Shown: piece after piece, positions 24,096 to 32,270 of the stretch
Layout of the letters: each line of letters begins with the position of its first letter
Numbering within the stretch: position 1 is the first letter of the stretch
Source of the DNA: Patescibacteria group bacterium
GTDB lineage: Bacteria; Patescibacteriota; Microgenomatia; UBA8517
Direction: 5' to 3'
Length of the DNA stretch: 42,468 bases
Assembly (NCBI GenBank): GCA_026416845.1
Contig: JAOAEL010000002.1
Location: 1-42,468 of the forward strand
Notes under the pieces: generated by a model
What the model saw: the letters and a program-made list of their open reading frames with translations, nothing else
What the model was told of the DNA's origin: nothing
Databases searched by the model: none
Translations under genes and position numbers: made by a program

Positions 24096-25868
24096 ATGAA
24101 AAAGGCACAAACAAAATCTCAACAAAATCTTGACAAACTCAGACACTCCTGTGCTCATTTGCTAGGCGCTGCAGTACTTGAACTATATCCTAACGCGTTA
24201 CTTGCCATCGGACCATCCATAGAAGATGGCTTTTATTACGATATTGATTTTGGCAAAGATAAAATTTCAGACTCTGACCTTAAGAAAATAGAAAACAAAA
24301 TGCGCCAACTTGCACCAACTTGGGAGAAATTCGAAAGAAAAGAAATCTCAGAAGAAGAAGCACTCAAACTATACTCAAAAAATGTTTACAAACAAGAACT
24401 CATCAAAGAATTTGCTCAGAAAAAAGAAAAAATAACAATTTATAGCTCCGGCAATTTTACCGATCTTTGCCGAGGAGGACACGTAGAAAACCCTAGTCAA
24501 ACACTGAAGTATTTTAAACTCACTTCAATTGCCGGCGCATATTGGAGGGGAAATGAAAAAAATTCAATGTTAACTCGAATTTATGGAACAGCGTTTTACA
24601 GTCAGGAAGAATTAGACACACATCTAAAACTAAAAGAAGAAGCTAAAAAACGAGATCATAGAAAAATTGCCCAAGAATTAGATCTAATTGTATTTTCTGA
24701 TCTGGTAGGATCAGGACTTCCGCTTTATACACCCAAAGGCGCAACCCTAAGATTTTTAGTCTACAACTACAGCAGGCAATTAAATCAAAAAATTGGTTAT
24801 GGCGAAACATCTTTGCCGGGATTTAACCGTGCAGAATTATTCAAAATATCAGGACACTATGAAAAATATAAAGATGATATGTTCAAAGTCATATCAAATT
24901 ATTCAAAAGAGGAATTCTTCCTAAAACCAATGAATTGTCCTCAACATTGCGCTTTATACGCTTCACGATCTCATTCTTATAAAGATTTGCCAGTTAGATT
25001 TTCGGATTTTTCTATTTTGTATCGCGACGAGAAACCAGGAGAACTAAACGGATTACTAAGATCGCGAGCATTCACTCAAGACGATGGGCACGCGTTTGTA
25101 AGAGAAGATCAAATAGAGCAAGAATTTGAAAATGTGCTAAAAGCAATCAAAGAGGCACTTAACACCTATGGGTTTGAATTTTGGATGCGACTCTCGCTTA
25201 GAGATCCTAAAAATAAACAAAAATACCTAGGTGATGATCAAGTATGGGAAAAAGCCGAAAGCGCTTTAAAGAACTTAGCACAGAAACACAAGCTCGATGC
25301 GCTTGAAGCACCGAGAGAAGCCGCAATCTACGGTCCCAAGCTAGATTTCATGGTAAAAGATTCTCTTGGCAGAGAATGGCAGTTATCCACAATTCAACTT
25401 GACATGATAATGCCTAATCGCTTTAACCTATACTACATTGATGAAAAAGGCAACAAAAAAACTCCCTATATGATACACAGAGCGCTTGTGGGATCTGAAA
25501 GATTTATTGGTATCCTTATAGAGCACTTTGCCGGCGCCTTCCCTGTATGGTTATCTCCTATCCAGGCAAAAATACTGCCAATATCTCAAAAACAGCATGA
25601 ATACGCAAAAGAATTGCTAGAGAAATTAATAAAAATTGGTATAAGAGCAGAAATTGACGATCGATCAGAAAGTTTAAATGCAAAAATAAGAGATGCTCAA
25701 TTGCAAAAAATTCCCTATATGTTAATAATCGGAGAAAAGGAAGAAAAGCTTGGGCATATTTCAATCAGAATGCGCGACGGGAACAATATTGGACAAATGG
25801 AAATATCTGGTTTTATAGATAAAATTTTAGAAAAAATACAAACCAAATCTTTGTCTTTATCCTTGTAA
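24096..25868 (+). CDS. thrS: Threonyl-tRNA synthetase (no N-terminal TGS domain)
   Basis: RHSCAH, DLCRGGH, GAYWRG, RDHRKI, KPMNCPQH, FTQDDGH, YGPKLD, QLD, IEHFAGAFPVWLSP. Confidence 0.97.
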   Translation: MKKAQTKSQQNLDKLRHSCAHLLGAAVLELYPNALLAIGPSIEDGFYYDIDFGKDKISDSDLKKIENKMRQLAPTWEKFERKEISEEEALKLYSKNVYKQELIKEFAQKKEKITIYSSGNFTDLCRGGHVENPSQTLKYFKLTSIAGAYWRGNEKNSMLTRIYGTAFYSQEELDTHLKLKEEAKKRDHRKIAQELDLIVFSDLVGSGLPLYTPKGATLRFLVYNYSRQLNQKIGYGETSLPGFNRAELFKISGHYEKYKDDMFKVISNYSKEEFFLKPMNCPQHCALYASRSHSYKDLPVRFSDFSILYRDEKPGELNGLLRSRAFTQDDGHAFVREDQIEQEFENVLKAIKEALNTYGFEFWMRLSLRDPKNKQKYLGDDQVWEKAESALKNLAQKHKLDALEAPREAAIYGPKLDFMVKDSLGREWQLSTIQLDMIMPNRFNLYYIDEKGNKKTPYMIHRALVGSERFIGILIEHFAGAFPVWLSPIQAKILPISQKQHEYAKELLEKLIKIGIRAEIDDRSESLNAKIRDAQLQKIPYMLIIGEKEEKLGHISIRMRDGNNIGQMEISGFIDKILEKIQTKSLSLSL

Positions 25869-25941
25869 AGAGATTGAAGAAGAATGTTTAAATAAGATTT
25901 CTGGTGTTGAAATTTGGCAATTAACAATTTATATTCTAAAT

Positions 25942-27480
25942 GTGGAAGAAACACAATTGGAACAAACAAAACAAAAAACAGAAACTCTAAGCTCTGAAAA
26001 TGCCATACATAAACTTCTTGAAGAAGCTCCCAACATAACAAAGGCGGTTGACTGGTATCATTATGGCAAGAAAAAAGGACAAGAAAGAAGGTTCGAATTA
26101 AATGAAGAAAGTCAAAATGCAATTGCTACACTCTCAGAAAAATTAGCCAATGCTTCTTTGAAAGAATTACTTGAAGCATACACAGAAATAAAACAAGTTG
26201 CACACGAACTAAACAATTCAGAAACTGAACATATTCTTCTTCTTCAGAAAAAGGCAGTTCTGAGATCCATAAGAGGTGTTGTTGAAACAAGACTCAGGTA
26301 CAAGGTGCTTGATAGTCTTAAAGACAAACCAGAAGAAAAAGCAAGTTTGTTTGAAGAAATTGAGGAATTAAAAGCAAAAAGAAAATCAGGAGATAAAAGG
26401 GTATCAACAATTGATGCATACGTTAGATATGCTGAAAAAATTGCAAAAAGCGATAAAAAAGAAAAAATAAACACTGATCTTGTAAAACGCATAAAAAACC
26501 ATTTAGGCAGATACGCTCTTATAATTTTGACAGTCTTAGGAGTAGGAACAATTGCGCCAAGAGCGCCTAACTCAATTATCAATCAGCCACAAACAGCACA
26601 AGCAAGAATTGAAGTTCAAAAACAAGCTAGTGAAAATATGCCAGAATTATTAAAAGATAACTTGATTGATTTATTAACTAAACAAAATAATCAACCACAA
26701 AACGAACCATCTGATATACAAATAAAACCAGAAGCCTTAGATCAGGCACAACAAGTAAGCCAAGAATCCTCAATAAATGAAAATGATATTCGAAGTACCA
26801 ACCTACGACATACCCCAGATAGCTCAATTAATGAAGATGAATATTCAAAAGAACCGGAAGAAATTAAGGTTGAAAAAAATGAAGAAGTTAAACTTGATGA
26901 ATTTGATCTAAAACAAACAGGAAGAATATCCAAAGAAAAAATTATAGAAATCTTAAACGCTTATAACGCAGATTATGAGAACAAAGAATCACTAGCAAAT
27001 TTTTTTCTAGAAATGGAAAAAAAATACGGCATAGGAGCAGAATATGTAATTTTATTGGCAATACAAGAAACTAGACTAGGAAATGATATTGCCACAGGGA
27101 AAGCAAATCTTGCTGGTAAAAATAATTGGTTCAATTATGGCAGAAGAAATAAAAATGGAAAATTTCCAAATTGTGAATCTGTAACCAAAAACATAGAAAC
27201 AGTATTTTGGCAACTTGCAAGATATAGAAATGAGTGGGGGATAGGAAAAAGACCTCCACACATCCCTGAAAATCTTTGGAGGGAAGTAAAAACTTTTCAA
27301 GAGGCTCTTGAAATTTTTGCCCCAAGATTTGAAAACCCCAACTTGGATGCCAGAATAGAAAATGGAATAAAGTTTATCCAAAATGTAAGAGACATAAAAC
27401 CATCTAGCCAAACAGAAAATATGCAACCACAAAACAACACAACAAGTTCAGGTGAAATTGAGATAAATAAAATGCGATAA
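25942..27480 (+). CDS. Membrane-anchored protein with a C-terminal lysozyme-like/glucosaminidase (GH73-like) domain
   Basis: GTG start; helical N-region, TM YALIILTVLGVGTIA, Q/N/E-rich linker, EKKYGIGAEYVILLAIQETRLG...NNWFNYG. Confidence 0.6.
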   Translation: MEETQLEQTKQKTETLSSENAIHKLLEEAPNITKAVDWYHYGKKKGQERRFELNEESQNAIATLSEKLANASLKELLEAYTEIKQVAHELNNSETEHILLLQKKAVLRSIRGVVETRLRYKVLDSLKDKPEEKASLFEEIEELKAKRKSGDKRVSTIDAYVRYAEKIAKSDKKEKINTDLVKRIKNHLGRYALIILTVLGVGTIAPRAPNSIINQPQTAQARIEVQKQASENMPELLKDNLIDLLTKQNNQPQNEPSDIQIKPEALDQAQQVSQESSINENDIRSTNLRHTPDSSINEDEYSKEPEEIKVEKNEEVKLDEFDLKQTGRISKEKIIEILNAYNADYENKESLANFFLEMEKKYGIGAEYVILLAIQETRLGNDIATGKANLAGKNNWFNYGRRNKNGKFPNCESVTKNIETVFWQLARYRNEWGIGKRPPHIPENLWREVKTFQEALEIFAPRFENPNLDARIENGIKFIQNVRDIKPSSQTENMQPQNNTTSSGEIEINKMR

Positions 27481-27534
27481 AGCTAACACAAAAACAATTA
27501 CTGGAAATTTTGAATAATAATGCTACAATAAAAC

Positions 27535-28122
27535 TTGTTAACTTTGAAAAAGGCAAGCTTCTCACATCACTGGCGTATAAATCATCAAATTCATGCCAAA
27601 GAGTTGCGAGTTTTGGACTCAAACGGCAAGCAAATTGGTATAATGACGCGTGAAGAAGCTCTCAAAAAAGCTTTGGTAGCAAATGCTGATCTAATAGAAA
27701 TTGCTCCCAACGCTAATCCGCCCGTTGCCAAAATCGAAGATTTTGGCAAATTTAAATACAAAGAAGAAAAAAAGATTAAAAAAGCCAAAAAAGGGGTAAA
27801 AAAAGGTGATACAAAAGAAATTCGTTTTACTCCCTTTATTGGCGACGCTGACTTTGAGACTAGGATTAAAAGAATAGACAAATTTTTCAAAGAAGGAAAC
27901 AAAGTTAGAATAAATGTTAGGTTTTCAAATAAACAAATGGGTAGCAAACAGTTTGGCTATGAAATAGTCAAGAGAGTCATTAACTCTCTTAATGGGAGAG
28001 CAAATTTGGACATGGAACCAAAATTTCTGGGAAGAAGTCTAATAGCGGTAATATCGCCAAATAACAAATCAAAAAAACAAAGCGAAAATGCCAAAACACA
28101 AAACGAAAAAGTCTCTATCTAG
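27535..28122 (+). CDS. infC: Translation initiation factor IF-3
   Basis: RINHQIHAKELRVL, ADLIEIAPNANPPVAKI, KEIRFTPFIGDAD; TTG start (27535 or 27544). Confidence 0.95.
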   Translation: MLTLKKASFSHHWRINHQIHAKELRVLDSNGKQIGIMTREEALKKALVANADLIEIAPNANPPVAKIEDFGKFKYKEEKKIKKAKKGVKKGDTKEIRFTPFIGDADFETRIKRIDKFFKEGNKVRINVRFSNKQMGSKQFGYEIVKRVINSLNGRANLDMEPKFLGRSLIAVISPNNKSKKQSENAKTQNEKVSI

Positions 28123-28285
28123 AAGATTTAGAGTTACCAAAAACGGAAAAGTACTAAGAAGACAAGGGTTTCGTGGGCATCTTAATGTCAAAAAAAGTTC
28201 AAAACATAAACGAGCCTTAAAAAGAATTGTGCAAATGCAAAAAGTCTACGCAAAGAAAGTTAAAAAAGCTCTTGGTTTAGAATAA
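28088..28285 (+). CDS. rpmI: 50S ribosomal protein L35
   Basis: MPKHKTKKSLSRRFRVTKNGK; position after infC. Confidence 0.95.
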   Translation: MPKHKTKKSLSRRFRVTKNGKVLRRQGFRGHLNVKKSSKHKRALKRIVQMQKVYAKKVKKALGLE

Positions 28286-28306
28286 CCTTGAGACAAAATT
28301 AGAAAT

Positions 28307-28645
28307 ATGACACGAGTAAAATCGCCATCATCAAAAAAACACCGTAAAATACTAAAACTTGCTAAAGGATTCAACAATGCACCACGCAGGCGCTTCCGCG
28401 CCGCCAACGAAGCAGTGCTTCATGCAGGGCAATACGCTTATAACGGAAGAAAGAAAAAAAAGCGTGATTTAAAGAGCCTGTGGATAATAAGACTTAATGC
28501 CGCAGTAAGAGAATACGGCTTTAATTATTCTCAATTCATCGCAAAACTTAAAAAGGCAAAAATAGAAATTGATAGAAAAATCCTTGCTGATATTGCAGTA
28601 ACCGATCCTGAGAGCTTTAAGCAAATTGTTGAAAAGGTTAAATAA
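28307..28645 (+). CDS. rplT: 50S ribosomal protein L20
   Basis: [29 protein letters not shown]. Confidence 0.96.
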   Translation: MTRVKSPSSKKHRKILKLAKGFNNAPRRRFRAANEAVLHAGQYAYNGRKKKKRDLKSLWIIRLNAAVREYGFNYSQFIAKLKKAKIEIDRKILADIAVTDPESFKQIVEKVK

Positions 28646-28646
28646 G

Positions 28647-28696
28647 ACACCTTAATTAATTCTTAAATTCTTAATTAATTCTTAATTTATTCTTAT
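28647..28696 (+). repeat. Degenerate G-free tandem repeat (CTTAATTAATT-like units)
   Basis: cttaattaatt-cttaaatt-cttaattaatt-cttaatttatt-cttat. Confidence 0.6.
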
Positions 28697-28745
28697 GCTG
28701 ATTAAGAATTCTTCATACTAGTTTTTAGTTAAATCAGAACACATC

Positions 28746-29801
28746 ATGCTTGATCTCATACAGACATTAAAAAACCAAGCTCTTCATCAAATTTCTGCTT
28801 GCCATACCAACGATGAGCTGGAAGAAGTTAGGGTACGTTACTTCGGCAAAAAGGGAGAAATCACAAAACTTCTGAAAAAATTGCCAATAATTAATAAATC
28901 TGAACGCAAAATTGCAGGGCAAAACTTAAACGAGATAAAAGATCTTTTATTGAAAGAAATAGAAAGAAAAAAAGCTGATATCGAAAAAGAAATTTATCAA
29001 AATGCGCGATTTGATCCCACAGTGCCGGGTATTGAACCACAAATAGGGAATACACATCTCATAACTTGCGCGATAGATGAAATATACGAAGTTTTTGCCA
29101 AACTTGGATTCTCAAGAGCAAGGTACCCTGAAGTTGAATATGACTGGTTTGCCTTCGAATCGCTAAACATGGGTAAAGGACACCCGGCGCGAGATGAATG
29201 GGAAACATTTTTTGTAGATGCTCCAGATGACAAAAAATATGGAGAAATAGTATTAACTCCTCACACATCAAGCGGCCAAGTCCGCGAAATGTTAAGACGA
29301 AATTCCACACCGCCAATCAGAATGATCAACATCGCCAAGTGCTATAGAAGACAAATCTCAATAAGACATTTGGTCATGTTTCACCAATTCGAAGGTCTTT
29401 TTATTGACAAAGGAATTTCCATCACACATTTAAAAGGAACATTGGATTATTTTGCCAAAAATTTTTTTGGCGAGAAAAGAAAAACACGCTTGCGACCATT
29501 TCATTTTAGATTCACAGAACCAAGTTTTGAGGTTGATATCAGTTGCGGAGTATGCAACGGCACTGGAATTGATAAAGAAAATTCAAAATGCAAACTTTGC
29601 AAAAGTGGATGGCTGGAATTGGGAGGAGCGGGAATGGTTCATCCGGTTGTTCTAAAAAACGGAGGAATTGACCCAAATAAATATACTGGATTTGCTTTCG
29701 GATGGGGTGTGGAACGCACATTCATGATGAAAGCTGGACTTAATATACCTGATATTAGAATACTTTATAGCAGCGATCTTAATTATCTTAAACAATTTTG
29801 A
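28746..29801 (+). CDS. pheS: Phenylalanyl-tRNA synthetase alpha subunit
   Basis: HPARD, TPHTS, FHQFEG, RPFHFRFTEPSFE, WLELGGAGMVHP, GFAFGWGVER. Confidence 0.97.
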   Translation: MLDLIQTLKNQALHQISACHTNDELEEVRVRYFGKKGEITKLLKKLPIINKSERKIAGQNLNEIKDLLLKEIERKKADIEKEIYQNARFDPTVPGIEPQIGNTHLITCAIDEIYEVFAKLGFSRARYPEVEYDWFAFESLNMGKGHPARDEWETFFVDAPDDKKYGEIVLTPHTSSGQVREMLRRNSTPPIRMINIAKCYRRQISIRHLVMFHQFEGLFIDKGISITHLKGTLDYFAKNFFGEKRKTRLRPFHFRFTEPSFEVDISCGVCNGTGIDKENSKCKLCKSGWLELGGAGMVHPVVLKNGGIDPNKYTGFAFGWGVERTFMMKAGLNIPDIRILYSSDLNYLKQF

Positions 29802-29824
29802 GATCTTTATTATTCTGAATTTTT

Positions 29825-31759
29825 ATGAACATACAAATTCTGGATAACTGGTTGCGAGAATATATAAAAACAGAGGCAACGCCACAACAAATTGCGGAAT
29901 ATGTCAGTTGTTGCGGTCCGTCATTTGAAAATGTAGAGAAGTTAGAAAATGACTACCTTTATGATATTGAAATCACAACAAACAGGGTAGACTGCATGAG
30001 TGTCATAGGGATAGCGAAAGAATGCGCCGCCATCCTGCCGCAATTTGGAATTGAAACCAAATTTTTAGAACCTAAATATCAAAATCCAAAAACAGATTCA
30101 AAATCACATAAGATCTTTGTTTCTGATTTAGAAACAAATGCAAGACGCATTATTGCAGTTGTACTATCTGGCATTAAAAACAAGAAAACTCCGGATTGGA
30201 TGAAAAAACGTCTAGAAGCAAGCGGAATAAGGTCGCTAAATGCGATAATTGACATAACTAACTATGTCATGCTTGAAGTTGGTCATCCAACACATGTTTT
30301 TGACTATGACAAATTGAAAACCAAAAACATCATATTTAGAAAATCAAAAAAAGGAGAAAGAATAACTACATTAGATGACAAAACTCACACACTCTTAGGT
30401 GGAGACATAGTAATAGATAATGGCACAGGCGAAATTATAGATCTTCCCGGAATAATGGGGGCAAAAAATAGCGCGATTTCGGATCATACCGAAACAATAG
30501 TATTTTTCATAAACAACAACGACGAAGTCCAAATCAGGAAAACTTCTATGAGTCTCGCAATTAGAACTGTCGCCGCAACATTAAATGAAAAAGGAGTCGA
30601 TCCAGAACTTGCATACAAAGCACTTTTGCGAGGGATAGAACTTTATCAAAAAATTGCAAAAGCAAAAATAACAAGTGAAATTTTTGATCACTATCCAAAT
30701 CCCTACAAGCCAAAAAAACTAAATATCACAAAAGAATTTATAGACCAAAGAATAGGTGTAAAAATTCAATCTGAAAAAATATCAAAAGTACTGCAGTCAT
30801 TAGGATTTGGAATAAAACTAGAAAAAAATAACTTAGAAATCACAATACCATCTAGCAGAGCACGAGATATTGAAATCGCTGAAGACATAGTTGAAGAAAT
30901 AGCAAGAATTTACGGTTATCACAACATCCCAAGCATTCTGCCAACCGGGTCAATACCTGAAGACATTGACAGCCCACTATTTAAATTCGAAAAAAGAATA
31001 AGAGAAATACTATCCAGACTCGGTGGTTATGAAGTTTACACCAGCTCTTTAGTAGATCCATCAATGGTAAATAGCGCAAATGCGTTGAAACTTAAAAACC
31101 CCCTCGGTGAAGAAGGACAGTATCTTAGAACTTCACTAATACCATCACTTATAAAAGCAACCGATCAAAACAAAGCAGTTTCTCACGAATACTTTTTATA
31201 TGAAATCGCGAATGTGTACCACCCTAAAAAGAAAGGCTTGCCAGATGAAATTCTAAAACTAGGAATCATATTTGTTAATTATGAATACAGAAAAGCAAAA
31301 GGTATTTTGGAGGCTTTTTTTCAAAAACTAAATATAAAATTTAGCTTCAAATTTATTGATAATAACAAACTTGAGATTGAAGTAGAAAACGAAATTGCAG
31401 GCGAAATAATAATTGATCTAAAAAAGAAATTGATATCTTGTGAATTTGACATATCAATTCTAAGGAATCACTTCAAAATGTATACAAGCTATAAGCCAAC
31501 ATCTAAATATCCCGCGCAAACAGAAGATTACACTTTTGAGATACCCAAAAATGTAAAGGTAGGAGACCTAATCAACAAAATGTATAAAATAAGCAAATTA
31601 ATTAAAGATATCAAACTTAAAGACATATACAAAGATAATTACACATTTACAGTCACTTATCATGACCAGACAAAAACCTTAACAGACAAACAAGTGGCAA
31701 AAATACGAAACATTTTGTTAAGTAAATTACAAAAAGCTTTTGGCGTTAACCAAAAGTAG
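29825..31759 (+). CDS. pheT: Phenylalanyl-tRNA synthetase beta subunit (short, no OB tRNA-binding domain)
   Basis: EITTNRVDCMSVIGIAKE, NAIIDITNYVMLEVGHPTHVFD, RDIEIAEDIVEEIARIYGY, C-terminal FDX-ACB. Confidence 0.95.
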   Translation: MNIQILDNWLREYIKTEATPQQIAEYVSCCGPSFENVEKLENDYLYDIEITTNRVDCMSVIGIAKECAAILPQFGIETKFLEPKYQNPKTDSKSHKIFVSDLETNARRIIAVVLSGIKNKKTPDWMKKRLEASGIRSLNAIIDITNYVMLEVGHPTHVFDYDKLKTKNIIFRKSKKGERITTLDDKTHTLLGGDIVIDNGTGEIIDLPGIMGAKNSAISDHTETIVFFINNNDEVQIRKTSMSLAIRTVAATLNEKGVDPELAYKALLRGIELYQKIAKAKITSEIFDHYPNPYKPKKLNITKEFIDQRIGVKIQSEKISKVLQSLGFGIKLEKNNLEITIPSSRARDIEIAEDIVEEIARIYGYHNIPSILPTGSIPEDIDSPLFKFEKRIREILSRLGGYEVYTSSLVDPSMVNSANALKLKNPLGEEGQYLRTSLIPSLIKATDQNKAVSHEYFLYEIANVYHPKKKGLPDEILKLGIIFVNYEYRKAKGILEAFFQKLNIKFSFKFIDNNKLEIEVENEIAGEIIIDLKKKLISCEFDISILRNHFKMYTSYKPTSKYPAQTEDYTFEIPKNVKVGDLINKMYKISKLIKDIKLKDIYKDNYTFTVTYHDQTKTLTDKQVAKIRNILLSKLQKAFGVNQK

Positions 31760-31794
31760 TGACATTCATATCCTTAAGGTGTATATTTTAAACA

Positions 31795-32232
31795 ATGAAA
31801 AAAGGAGTAAGAAGCAAAGCTTATAACACAATCACATTCCCCGACTCGCAAAGGATTAACAATCGCCCCAAACAATCTTTGGATTTGGAAAAAAATCCCA
31901 GAAAAAACTTAGTCAAAGCCGCTGATCTAAAAGAAAACCTAGCATTTCAGGTAAAAGTCATAGATAGGAAGAAGGTTGTAGGAGCATTTAAATTAGATGA
32001 ATTGGAAAGAATACTTATAAAAAAGTTTCTAAAATTTTCAAAACGAGTAAGTATTAATTCTGTTGAATTTGTATTTGACACTATCAAAAAACCAAAAATG
32101 GAAGGAGTAATGCACACAGGAAATCTGCATGTAGACTTAGCAGGTAAAAACCAGCACCTAAAAGCAGAAGGCAGAGAACCTAGCGCTGTCTTGAGAGAGC
32201 TAATAGAAAAGTTTGAAAATACAATAGATTGA
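31795..32232 (+). CDS. Hypothetical protein, possible divergent HPF/RaiA (dsRBD-like) fold
   Basis: C-terminal about 100 aa shows a beta-alpha-beta-beta-beta-alpha pattern (…LHVDLAGKNQHLKAEG…AVLRELIEKFE); promoter GTGACA-N17-TATATT 7 nt before ATG. Confidence 0.4.
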   Translation: MKKGVRSKAYNTITFPDSQRINNRPKQSLDLEKNPRKNLVKAADLKENLAFQVKVIDRKKVVGAFKLDELERILIKKFLKFSKRVSINSVEFVFDTIKKPKMEGVMHTGNLHVDLAGKNQHLKAEGREPSAVLRELIEKFENTID

Positions 32233-32270
32233 GAAGTTTTTGTGTTTTTGTCAGGATTGCTTTACATAAC

